Of a DNA stretch of 64,000 nucleotides, positions 26,031 to 40,028 are shown piece by piece. Source of the DNA: Trichoplax sp. H2 (taxonomy: Eukaryota); assembly GCA_003344405.1 (NCBI GenBank), contig NOWV01000119.1:62001-126000 (forward strand). The letters run 5' to 3'. Both the position numbers and the translations under genes were made by a program. The notes under the pieces were generated by a model that was not told where the DNA came from, did not search any database, and worked only from the letters and a program-made list of their open reading frames with translations. Positions within the stretch are counted from its first letter, which is position 1. Every line of letters begins with the position of its first letter.

Positions 26031-29000
26031 TTAAGAAAAATTGCTATCGATATTCTATTAACTAATATTTCTTTCTTAAATCTATATCAATAAAATAGTT
26101 ACGCAGGAATAAGCATTTAGGTATTAGCACCTTTCCATCTGCAGATTATTGCAAATGCGCTAAAAATTTATGTTTGATTACATAAGTAGAGATACCGTCA
26201 CTGAAATACTATTTCAATAAATTTCCATCACGATCATAAGTAATTAGTGATAGCATAGCGCAGGATATCGTAATCAAAACGAGCTAGTTTAATCCCTGTT
26301 ATCTAATTTCGGTTTATATGAAATTATTATACAGCAAGCGCTATATTGCGTCTAATTTTACTATGATCTGTATCGTATCTCCGGTGCATTGTACCATGTG
26401 CGTGATAGGTTGATATGATAGGTTAATAAAAGTTATCATACCGTAGCTTATTATGTCACCAATCACAAGGATATTATCGCCTAGATATTGCTAATCCTTG
26501 ACACATTTCGTACGCAGTTAAGTATTACTTGCAAAGTAGGATTTATGCAAAGCTGAAACTATCAAAGTAATACCGTTACAATCAGAATTGAATAATGGAA
26601 GAAAGTATATCTTCACTCGAATGAATATTTATTATATTTTCATATAGAATTTATGAAAACTGAAAGCAAGTAATATGTCATACCATTAAGCTATCAAGGT
26701 AATATCCTTAAATGAGGATTATATAACAGTCATACAGTTTTGCTTCATCAGAACAATGGACTTAATATTATTCAACTTTTAAAATCTGGTAAGTAGAGGT
26801 ATCGTGAAAATAAGATAGTTTAACAATTATAGATCCTGATAAATATAACAAAGTGAATTAACCGAGAAAAAATAAAAATAAAATAATATATTTCTTTATT
26901 TTTATATTGAGACGACGAACATTAGAAGCAGTTTATCTCATTAGAGTTAAATAATCATAAATGAGACCGTGAAAGTTGCTGCTTATATTGTAAAAGCTGT
27001 TTATCTACTCGTAGTAGCAAGATGCTAAGCTCGATAGAAATCATAGCAATGTATTGGTATTTTTACGTTTCAAAATGAACAAATTTTTGCAAATTTCTGA
27101 TCTTGTAATTCTATATATGTTATAAGAAACAGTCTTAGTAATCGAAATCAATGGATTACATCCCATTAAAGAAATAATTCAATAAGTAACAACAAAATAC
27201 GAAAGGAACACCGGAAAGAAACTTTCAAATACTTTCTTCAAGTCCATTGGCAAACTGATTTAAATTTTATGATAACAAAATAAATAGCTTAGGAGTTCTA
27301 TAACTTGGAAATATTTCAATCTTTCCCGTTAGTTTAATACTTTATAACACAGTGTGATATATACCAATCACGAGATTCCAAATTTTTAGAAAAATAAGGG
27401 CTTTATTGAATTTTATACAAAGATTAACTACACACAGCTCTACTCTAGCCGAATACTACTACTAAAGACTTCTAGAACAAACTAACAGCATAACCTAAAG
27501 TTGCATGCTTTATATTTTCCGTAGCATTCGTAGCTACAATATGCATGGCAACCTTTTACCTTATTTTACACATAGTTAAATTATTCTTAGTAAGACTATT
27601 CTATTGCGGACCATCATTAATCCAATATGGATACGACTACAGTACTTACGTAGACATTATTCACACCAGCCAAAGTACAATGAATTAACCATATCCTAAT
27701 ATATGATTTACAGTTCTATTTTTACCTATAACCTTATTAGTAACTCAACATCTTACTGTATATAGTCATCTGTACTCTAGCATAGAGTCTCTACCACTAC
27801 AGTCTATAGTTATAGCTACCAAATATCTCTTAGGATAAATATCTACCGTACATTATACTAAACATGGCTAATAGTCTACAATCACAATATTAGTTACATT
27901 ACACACAGTAATATAAAAAATGGGAGGAATATTTAAATATATCTGTTACGGCCAATCCCGGGAATGGCCAGCAATTTCGGTCAATATCCATTATAATCAA
28001 TAATGCAAAATTTGAAAATACAGATAAATATTCAAATTTCTTTATTTATACTGGTGTCCTATGATTACATAAACAACTACACAATCAAGATATTGCGTTA
28101 TGCAATGCCTATCACTTTATCTTTTGATTTGGCTTTAATCCCTCTAGGGAAAATAGTTGTACGTATACTGTATAGATAAATACCACATTGCTTGTTAAAA
28201 AATTTTCGAATAATTCTATCTTGGAAGTTGATCACCAGAAAAGTTAGATGACGCGAATGGTTAATACAGGCATTTGGTAGCCGTAAACAAAATCCGATAA
28301 ATAAAATGCTAGACAAAGCAATTTACGTGACATGAAGCATCGGTCAATTGTTATAAAATTAAGTTCAGACAAAATAGCTTATCTTTAGTATGAAAGTAAT
28401 GTGCTATCAGCCTATCTTAATATACGAGCAAATTTCATGAAACAGCTTTAAAAGAGCCTTACTAATTATAGTATCAAAGTCAGTAAACGCAGTAAATTGC
28501 CAACTTCTTCTTAATCACATTTTAGTAGCCGAGGAGTTCTTTTAACTTTAAATTAATGAATTACCGTACACAACAGATTTTGATTTGATTTAGACGTCTC
28601 AGGGAGCAATTACTTTCATTAGAATGTAGCATAGTTACATCTTCAAAAATGCTAAGAACGGAGGGGGGGGAGGTTCCAAGGCTTCAAATATTATCTGATG
28701 GTCTTACTAATTTCGGGTTTTGTAAGGAAGGTAAAAGACCATTCTATAAAGCAATTTGATTTAATATTTCCCTTTAGGATATTATTTTGAAGCTCAAACA
28801 AAATTATTAAAGACTTCAGTGAAAAACTGCTGTAGAATTCAAAAATTTTACAGTTTCAATTAGCACTAATTATGGTACTTGTCTAATTCATTTAATACGT
28901 CTTCATTTTAATAATTGCTTGTGGTTAGTGCAATATGCGGACAAGAGGCATTAGAGGATATCAATCACTAATATTGCAGCTTTAGTCCCTTATTTATTAT

Positions 29001-29613
29001 CATCTATCCTTACTATATGTTTTGTATGTTAAAAGTCATCAGTTACTCACTTCTTTATATTAATCTCTTTAATTATTGTCATGCTTCTTTCATATCTGTC
29101 CTGTGTATTATTGCAGTACTTCCTAATCATCCAATTACTGTTTTAAAGCACTATATCGGCCATCAAGTTTCTTTCAAATCTATGATGAAGGAAATAACTG
29201 AAATAATAATATAAATTACGGGTAGAATTCATTTATTTCTTAGATAGATCAAAATCAGCAGCATAACTTGCTGACGCAGAATCTGAAAGATTTGCTTGAT
29301 TCATCTATACTTAAATTTTAATCAAAATTACGAATGCCATAACATCTATATGATATCTTTCGTTCGATGACATCAATTATTTCTATTAATTTTCTAAAAT
29401 GAAATATTTACAAAAGCCATGATCAGATTTAATAAAGTATATTGATAACAACTGCAATCAATAAAAGATAATTATTCTCCACATCTGTCGTCTTCATAAG
29501 CATCTTTATCTACAATACTGCTAAATGTTTGAAATTTTGATGGATATTAAAATTTAAAAATAAATATAAGCTAATTATAGTTAGGGTTTTATACATTTTA
29601 TCTATATAATTCT

Positions 29614-29731
29614 ATCTTGATATTATTAATGCGGATATTACCTAATATATTGATAGTGAACAGCTGGGTGTACGGGTTCGGCTACCTCCGCTATAACCCC
29701 ATCTTGATATCATTAATGCGGATATTACCTA
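29614..29731. repeat. Pair of 31-bp direct repeats around a 56-bp spacer
   Basis: ATCTTGATAT(T/C)ATTAATGCGGATATTACCTA at 29614-29644 and 29701-29731, with one mismatch. Confidence 0.85.
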
Positions 29732-32700
29732 CTAATATAACTATAAAGATAGTAAAAAATGTTACATGTAATCTAAGAAATGCAATTATACCTGTGGCAC
29801 TAAGAACTCTAATTACTAGGTGGAATTAGGAACTACGTAATAGAATTCGTAAACAGATACTGATTCCATAATCCATTATTAGATTTGCTTACTTAGTGCT
29901 CTAAATTTCTTTATTAAATTTACGCTGCAATAGATTATTTAACTCATAAACTTTTTACCCCTGATAAAATTAGGAAGCACAGACGATATTCAAGGTTTTA
30001 CAAAAGTAAATAGATGACTAAACGCTACATTTTATCACTAAGTTCGTCATGACTTGTTTTTATTCGAGTATCCTGAATTATTAGATGGAAGAAATTCAGA
30101 GAAATAATTATAATTATAATCAATTGTATGCATAGAACAAAATATTTTACCACGAAAGCATTAATGTCTTTCGTTTACTATTAGCGGCAAAGTGCATCTA
30201 GAGCTGATTAGTTCAATCAATAGCAGCTAAGAATTTCTTGCCACTGGTTAGTGTTAGAACACATGATCGTCATATCTAATCATTATTTCCTCAAAAGAAG
30301 ATATTGAATTAGAAAATGTAATAGAATTTTCTGATTAATACCAAATAATTATATTAATTAACGTGTTCTAAATAAGGATCCTTTTATTCCTAAGGATTCT
30401 TTTCGATATACGCATACTTTGCTACTCTAAATCTTTACGCTGCAATAAAAGTAAACTAAATAGATGTGATGTATTATGATTATTCACCATGTACACAGCA
30501 CTAAATTTCTACAAATCGCTTCCATATTGCCTTAATTTGATTAATCGCTAGCAATATTTTCCTACTTTACAATATTTTCCACACATGCATCGATAAATTA
30601 TACTGTAACTGGTTGTGTTCGTATAGCAGGCAATTTTTAATTTCATTTCTACATTAAAGTAATAAATTTTTCCGTATTGTAAATGCATTCTGTTAGATGT
30701 TCAAAAATAAATACTGTAGATTAAAACGATATGATATGAAGACAGATGCCGCGATGAAACATGTAATGCATCGCTGAACTACCGGTGTAGATAATTACTT
30801 ACAGTTCTATATTCTAATCTTTCTGCAATACTCAAGCCATTGGAATAAATTGAAAACACTTCTTCAGAAATTGGTCATGCTCGATAGCCGTTTACTGCCC
30901 CCTTGGTAGTAGTATCAGAATACATATTTTAGAACACTTTTCAGGAATTCCACGTACTTTATACTTGTACAGTATTTTCGAACTTGCAAGATTACATATG
31001 TGATTATTGCTAACTTAGCCTTATTTACAGAAAATCCTGTCGAAGATCTTGGTATAAGGCGCTTTAACAAAAATCCTTTAATAATTTAGATTATCACTTT
31101 TTTCACTCTGCGTGCCAATTGAGTCACTCAATATAGTAGTTCTTACTTATCGTGCTGTATAAAGGCAGGCAATTGACATCTAATTGACGTAATTGAATTA
31201 TTAGATGATACGATCTCAGAAGTGAGTACTCTAATCTCTAAGATCGCAAAATACCGTACTATTTCTTGCCAGCCTACTATAACCAGGTAAATCTCAGAAA
31301 CTCAGTATAGTAATGACTGTATGAAAACACATGTAGATAGTAAGCTCGTAATTCCTGATAATTTTTTGTTATAGATCAGTTTTAATTTGCAAGAAATGTG
31401 CTTGTTGTAACCATCACTAAGATTTATACTAAGGATATATATTGAATAAAGAAAAGGCACAGTGTGTACCTCTAATTTAATAATGCCATCTCATAACTTA
31501 GTTGATTTTCGTGATATTTGTAGCAAAATAATTTCAAGTTACGCAAGACAGGATAATTTCAATCAAAATTATCTGCCGCAGTGTTTTTAAGCTCTGATAT
31601 TATGACTTGTCATGGCCGTCAAAAATTGACTATTATTAAGCGTTACACAAGCGTATTATGATTCATAACATGATATAAGAAATACTGACGTCAATTAAGT
31701 AATCTATCTTTACCATTGCAAATATCGACAGGCTTTGTAAATAAATGAAATCACTTAAATAAAGTAACTATTTGTATAGGGTAATGCGGTATATTCGTTT
31801 TCGTGCTCTATAATATTATTATATCAACAAATTAACTACATTATAATGTCAAGGTTATATCTCGGAATTCTTTAAGCCTACAATTTTATACTTACTAATA
31901 CGGAAGTGAATTATCTTTTCTAGGTGAAATTTTCCAGAATATTTCTACTCTTATAGATATTTATGAATTCTGTAATGTCACATAAAATATATTCAATACG
32001 CTTACTTTTAATATCCTTGAGCATATTACGGCGTTCATAAAATTACGGGCAAGGATTCCCTCATAAAATGTAAATTACTGTAAAACCTCTGAAGAGTGTA
32101 AAGTAGATTTTCGTGATACTGCCGTACTAAAATTTATACGATACCAAATTATCTGCTGCACATATAAGGCGATCTTTACCTGATCTATTTCATGACTAGT
32201 CCTTTAAGTAGTCTTTGCCTTTCAATATCAAACCGTCTTTGCAATATTACCTTCTTAGAAGTAATGTTGAAGAACTTTCAATACGAAATTCTACTATACA
32301 ATATAATAATTCTACAAGCTATAAAAATGCCCTGACATCGATATCATATCATAGAACCCTTCCTAATTTCATAGATAATTTAATCTACGCTAAAGGCTTT
32401 AGAGACAACTGTAAGGCGTGAGCAAACGTAGTTTAAAGGATAGGTAAATCCAAGGCATAAGATATCACAACAATGCGACTATAATTATTACATAGTATCT
32501 CATAAGGAATAATTTTGCACCCTTCTGATAAACACTAACGTCGTGTCATAAAATATTAAAACTTACCACGCAATTATCGATCAATGATATAGAAAAATAA
32601 TTACTAACATATAAAGATATGAAAGCATTAAAATAGCATCAGTTCATCAACAAGTCCAAAAAAAAGAATAAAAATATATCGTCCTTGTCCAATATATGAT

Positions 32701-34485
32701 AAATAATTTAGCCTCTTCCCCTTTGTCTTTTAAATAATTTATTTGTAAATACAGCTATATTAACTAAAAATGTTTATCCAGTATATGGAGAAGATAAATT
32801 TCTTACCATGCAACCCAAATATCGTGAACTTTTATTAAAGCTGAAATTTATTACCAGTTAATACAGTAAAGTGAAGGCAAAAATCTACTGTTTCATTCAA
32901 TATCAAAATAATCTTTCTTATTATCTGCTATACATTCAATTTAGTTGCTAAAGCGGGCGCCATATTAGTTCTCTACAAAATACAACCACTGTCCTGCTAA
33001 ACTGAAAAAGAAAGTAGGCGTGACTAAAAATCTTGTATGAACAATGACCTAAGTATCCTTTCTGAATCAGTAAATCTATAATATCCATTTTATAAAGTAC
33101 GTACATCGGTACAAATAATGTATTACGATAGATTACAATGAATAAGGTCATATAGAAAAGCATCAATTAAATTTTACGAATAACTTTGTATTCAAAGTCT
33201 ATCCACTACTGACAATACATAGAGTAGTCTGGAAGATACAGTAATAATAAAATAAACAAATTTACCCGGCATAGAGTAATTATTCTAGCTTCACCTTTAA
33301 CAATTTCTTTAATGTTCTATGTCCCTTTAACTGTTATATAGAACGGGAATAAATTGAATACGTACTATGGCACTATGAATGAATTAATTTCGGCTCCTAG
33401 ATAAATATTTACCCTTGCACTGAAATAGAGGTATAATAATTGATGAAAGAATAATTTTAGTTACTTCGTAAAATATCGGAAATTATCCCAATAGCTGAAA
33501 GCGATCGCAGCTATTTGTAGAATTAATGATTTGGAAAATTAGCCTCTATAAAATCAGCAAGTTACTTTAATAGCCGCTATTAATGTAACACCTATTCTAA
33601 CTTGAACCAAGTGGATTGATCATTCAGCTCGCATTATTGTATACTTACCCCGAATTATCGGTAATAAACATTCTACGCAAACGCAGCTGTATCAAGGCTT
33701 CCTTGGCTAAATACAATTTTATACCGCAGCTATTCACTTTGCAATTAGAACCGTACATGGTTCATCTTATGACAAATCGTAATTGCGATATATCCGATTT
33801 CTTCTATACGCGTACGCATCGCTTTCCAATTGACGATACTTAGCACTGATTCAATGAGCCAATTTATTTTAGCTCATTGCATTACACAATGAAGATCATC
33901 TACACAGATTAACTGCGTGCTACCGCGGTAAATAATTTCTAATCTGCCATTAACTTTCCTTTCAGCTACACAACTTCTGAATTGCAATAAACCCACCAAA
34001 TATTTCAACAAATAATTAGCTGTAAATAATAGTACTTATCAACTCTGACCGTAAATGTAGTAATACTTTATAGATAGTATCACCAATTTAATAATGTCCA
34101 GATATTATGATTAACAATTGTAAAAATGTTAGTCGAGAAAGATAGCAAGATATAATAAGGATTGAACTATTACCACTACTGCATAAAAAAATTTTTTAAA
34201 TTTAAGATTATCAGTATCTTGATCTGCATAAATGATAAATATTTCGTTAAGAGCAGCACTTTGAGAAGTGATATACAACATATCTGATTATATACTCATG
34301 TGAAAGATCATAACAACGGATACAGTATGCGGTATTCCGTTACGTTAGGCATTTATCGTATGAATGCGCTCAATACTGCACAATACAAATTCAATAAGAT
34401 TTTGTAATTAAGAAGACTATTTTATAATTTTACGAATTTCATAAACGATTTTGGCAAATTTGCATTTCTTTCATTTATTTACTTT

Positions 34486-37400
34486 TCATTTCTTTTTACT
34501 TCTACTAATAGCACTACTTTTCTTTGTTTTTTGGGAGAAATTTCTAAAATAAACAAGGTTAAAAATTATGATGTTGATATATATAAAAGTCCTTCTCATT
34601 ATCGTATAGAATAGATATCATAATAGCCATATTAAAATATTTATCAACCTTACCTATTGCTCATTTTAGCCCGTTTTCCTTGGCGAAAGTTGCCTTTAGA
34701 CTTTCTGCCTTTTTTCGATTTTCTAAGAAATATCAAGCCAAAGATACTTTAACGCTTAATAATTCTCGAAAATTCCTCTAACAGGTAATTAATGCTTTGA
34801 CGAACTAATCAAATTTTGATATAGCATGGATAACATACTTTCCGTCTTCCTCAACTGGATTCATGCTTACAGCCTAATACAAAAATAAATAAGTGGCAAG
34901 TTATGAAGGGTATCGAAGAATCTTACATTTAATATATATATATACAATATTGTCATTGAATAAAGCAGTAATAGGCTAAATGTCGCATGCATTTTTTACT
35001 CTTTAGAATTTAATTAACGGAATTAATTAGCGACCCATTTATAGCTAATTTCGTAGGATTAGCTTAACGAAATTATAATTTACAAATTCACGTAATCAAA
35101 TCATAAAAGTAAAAGCTAGGCTATGTCCAATGCGTAATAAAATACCTTAAAAAGCTGAGATACCATCATTGTCTAATATGATGCTATACAGTGTAATTGA
35201 CATTGTCAATATGGCAACAATTTACGATACTTAGACTTATAAGATGCGTTTTAAGATTAGGTTCCTTCTACAGTACTAGAAATTGCAGTATAAAATTTGA
35301 AATATCGAAAAGAATGACGTGAGCAACTCAACAGTTGTATAATCACATTCACAAAATTATCCAGTTTGCTGCTGAAATTACAGCTTCACTCAGTAATAAA
35401 ATAGCTATAAAAGTACTTTGACCTTTATGCTCTGAACAGAACTTTAATAACCGGAGGCATAATTTAATGGTATTAAACCGTAGTACGTTTACGCAGGAGA
35501 TAGGATTATCATATCATCTAAATTATTGCTACTCATTGTTTGCAACAGAATAACTTTCTATGGCGAAATCGTCATTTACCACTATAAATACGCTGAGCAG
35601 CACCAATTAATTGTGAGAAAATGGTATAATCAAGCTTTCGACTTTATAATTAAGTACATTACAACCTTCGGTATGTTCAATATTGGAGCCTTCCTAAGTT
35701 TATCAGCAATTTCTAATCCCGCACCGCGCTCAGATTTAACATCTCCTAAATTGGGTGGTAACTAAACAAAAATGTAATAATTAAAACAATAACTGAAGAC
35801 TTTATAAAGACGATGAATAATATCTCATCGATTGATTGCTGATTTACATTTCGCGCTCAAAAGTGTTAATTCTATTCAAAAATATCTATGCCTATCTTTT
35901 AACTGGATACGTATCTATATTACACTGTGTTTAATGAAAATTTAATACAAAAGTACGTCATTTAATTCATTCTACGAAGACCATACAAAGCTAACCTTTC
36001 TTCTAACTCCAGCTTTTCGTAAACGTTTTTCTTGAGGCTAGTACCAAATGAGAATTAATCAAATCATGTAATACATTAGCTACAATGGCTGTAAGACTGA
36101 ATCGAATGCAAACTTCCAAAAATGGGCACAATTCAACCATTATGTAAGATACGTACCAATATTTTGGTAAATACACCGTGAGATGCCGTCGATGACTGAG
36201 CGTCTTTGATGGCCTTTGTTACCTAGAATGAAAATGAAGTCATATTAATTTAATGTTTTCGAATTATACCGAATGCAATGCGATTTAATAGCATTAATCC
36301 TACTAACTAACCTCTTCCTGTGCTGCTTTCGTTTTCATACTCTTACCTTTAATACAAGAAGATATATAAAATTAGCCTTTTTTATAAATGTTGCATTCAT
36401 GTGCTATAGTAAAATAGCATACTTTTAACATTAATCGATAACTTTTAATGTACAATTTATACCTTTGGAGGCTTCAAACTTGTTAAAAAATCCTACATAA
36501 ATAATAAACAGAAACAAATTTATTACCTTTTTGTCGTCTCTCAATATTTCTTAATCGTTGCAATTCATTCTTTGCAATGCGTTCCTTTTTAGCCTCCCTG
36601 GCTACTTCAAACTGATCTTCATAAGGATCTATGAATGAGAAAGTACCCGAATCCAATATAAAAACCACATTTACCAGTGCATAAAGCCTATATCTCGATA
36701 TAAACATATCTGGCAATGTAGCTATTGTAAATAGACCACAGACCTGCATTTTCTGGGACCTCTTTAACCCAATCATTACTGTCATCTGTAACACTTTTAT
36801 AACCCCACCTTCTTTTATAAGTCTAAAAAGATAGTTAGATAACCATAGCAATAGACTAATCAGTACTTCAAACAATAATTCCAAATCAATTGCAGGGGTA
36901 CCTGTGTTTTTTCGTCAAAGGTCATTTTGCCTCTTTTGCGTTTTTGTATTCCCTACGTATTTAATACACTATTATTATTGCAGATTACGACCAGCTAGTG
37001 CATGTAAATAAAGGTGCAGAAATTTACCTTTGCCTTTGCATATTGCTCCCATTTTGTTGGCGGCTTAGGTTTAGGTATCTATGAAGACAGAATGGCTGTA
37101 TAATAATTTTGCAATTTGCTATGCAATTACATTGACAAAAACAACCATAAAATGATCCTTATTAATGCTACGATTTTAGTAAAATATGTAAGATTAAAAG
37201 TGTATTCTCCCGATGGGACTGTAATGAATAAGCATTACGGAATCAATTAATGCTAATATCATGCTAATTTCCATGTACTGAATGACATTGAAAAATTGTA
37301 ATAATGCCTCAATTACTGAACATGCCATTACATCAAAGGGGCACTAACAATTTAGTATTAATATCTTTAACATTATCATTATACGCGCAATCATAAAGCA

Positions 37401-39806
37401 ACGCACGTCCTTAAACGTAATAAGACATTTAGCAGATATATACAAACTCTATTATTACAGATATGCGAACATGAATCAACATTGCAACGATTGCATCAAG
37501 TTTGCAAGTGGACTCGTCATAAGACTTAAACTTGACAGCACGACGTAAACGTATCGCGGACTTAATAATTACATTGATACAATTGGCCAGCACTAAGCAA
37601 AGCGTAACCAAGTACAGTATAATTTTTCCGTAGATTTATTCATTCCAAATTTGAAATTTCAGGACTTACCGGTTTCTCTCGGGCAACTATAGTCGTAGGC
37701 TCCGGTAGCTGTTTGTATCAATCAAAATACAGTATAAAAAAATTGGCTATGACCATTTAAATCAATATGATAATTCATTAGCCAAGAACAACAAAATCTA
37801 ATGTTGGAAATAAAATTGCAATCTCAAGTAATCAGTTTTAACAGTAACGTATACTGCATACATAAGGTATTAACTAATGTGCAGTAGTGAGCTTGCCATG
37901 TATATGATATGAGACAGAGTGTGATCGTACGCTACAATACAAATTACTTTTGGTCATTTAATAGTGGGACTCATTAAGATAGATATCCGCTTAGCAGTCG
38001 TTATAGGTAGCTTATTATTATTAAATATGATTATCATTAGCATACAGTAAAGATTACGAATACAAGTAAGCAAGATTCACGTAACTTTAAAAATTTGTTA
38101 CATATTTTGTGTCAATACTGTATAGTGTGAGATATCGAGCTATCTAACTTGATATTCAGTAAATTCTATCTACCTGTATCATGATTATACGTGTAATAAG
38201 ATAAGACAGTTATGTCAGTCAACTGAAAACTATCTCTGGTATTTAATTTACATAATATCATTATTGTCGAGTAAGGAATAATGTAGCATCTGAACGCCGA
38301 TTTCTTTCATTGCACACATTATTAATTGATTACATGGCTTGCACTATATCCACATAACCACATATTGTATACCGTAGCCACAGGAATTACAGAATTGATC
38401 AAGTACTAGATAATTCTGTCAATCACCATGAAAAAGTTGCAAATGATATCATTGTCTAAGTTACAGAATATCAGAAACCTGTTCTTTGTGCATGCTACCT
38501 TTTGATGAAAGAGGTTTCAAATTGATATCATGACCTAATTTACTGTACAGAATGATATTAGATCAGAAACCTGTTCTTTGCGTAGGCAACTTTGATGAAA
38601 AGGTTTCAAATGATATCATTACCTAATTTGCAGAATAATATTAAATCAAAACTTGATGTTTGTGTGTGCAATTTTTTCTATATCTAAAGTAAAGTATAGC
38701 TCTATTCTCATAGATTTAAGGATTGAACGTGATTCATTACCACTGTAACAGTATACACCTACTTGCTAGCAACGAATTTATTATGTCTGTGCATACACTC
38801 TGAAACTATAGTACTGTCTGTGCATTATAATAATAATATAAAAGACGGTCCAATAATTACATAACGCAGACTTTACTATATCGCTAGCGAGGCAATTAAA
38901 TATACGAACCTGTACCAGTAGTGCATCCTCCATTTGTTGGGTTGGAAGCTAAAATAATCAAGAATATGCAAGATTTGCAATCAGTAAATTAGATCAAAAA
39001 ATTACAAGACCAGTTCAGCATCATTATTATTACTGAAGCTAGATTCAATCATGTTATAGCTGATTTTGAACATAAGTGATGTGGATGGACTTTTGCAACT
39101 AACCTTCCAAATTTCATTGATTAACCACTGAGTATTGTCACGCGCAAGCTGCTGTAGAGAGATTTCTATATCAGACCTGTGTTACAGTATATCAAGGAAT
39201 AATTGAGGGGTAAGCAATACGTATTCAAGATCGATTCTGAATAAGACAATTATACCGATTCCCCAAAAAATAAATCCATCAATGTCATGCATGGTTCCTC
39301 GTTGGGGGAGTGTACACTTAAGTATATATCAATCATCTACTGCAATGCATGAGTTTTATATATTACAGTATGATTGTTGAAGTAGAACCAGTACACTAAA
39401 AATAGTTCAGTATAGACTGTACAGGTCGTCGATCCTTCCTTCATTGGTGCACCTATACGCTGAGCTTGATGTCATGTACTGCAGAGCTATTAATATATTG
39501 CACACACTAGAATTGAGCACCAACATTGTATCATTTGTACTTTTTGGCTCAGTTTGTATATTATGACAACCTATATCAAAAGCATAGAGATCAAGTATCA
39601 ACGTATGCATCAACATTGGCTTACTGAAGTTCTTGTGGATCCACCGGTTGTCGATCGATTAACAGTAAGTTGCCAAGGTCAACCTCTGGCAAGATATTCT
39701 TGCTGACTTCAGTGCTCTTATATCGACGAGACTGGGCTTGAAGAATGCTATCCACATTAATGACCGTCTTTCGATCTTGGTTGGTATGCAATTTACTTGA
39801 TTCCAT
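34486..39806 (-). CDS. RRS1: Ribosome biogenesis regulatory protein RRS1, about 15 short exons (first 39806-39625, last 34543-34486)
   Basis: The spliced translation contains [76 protein letters not shown]...KKERIAKNELQRLRN, STASHGVF and a basic C-terminal tail ending SRSKKK*. Confidence 0.93.
38428..38670. repeat. Degenerate tandem repeat (about 80-92 bp unit, about 3 copies) in RRS1 intron 3
   Basis: TCAGAAACCTGTTCTTTG occurs at 38471 and 38563, with a degenerate third copy near 38646. The block TGAAA..GGTTTCAAATGATATCAT also recurs. Confidence 0.8.
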
Positions 39807-40028
39807 CAGTTGCTTCACTATTTAAACTATGCACGATAACAATAATAATGAATTTCTAAGATCGATATACAATACAGGAAGAAATTCAAGCGATTTTAAT
39901 GCTGTCTTGCATTGGATGCATGAACTATTTCTGCTATGCCCATGCTGTAAGCTAGCAAAACCACGAGTACAGTGGAGAATGGAGTGGATTCTGTCCGTCC
40001 GAAACTTGACAGGACTAACATGACGCTA

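Noticed and set aside
29614-29731. CRISPR-like repeat-spacer-repeat
   Set aside because: There are only two repeats, the context is eukaryotic, and there are no cas genes.
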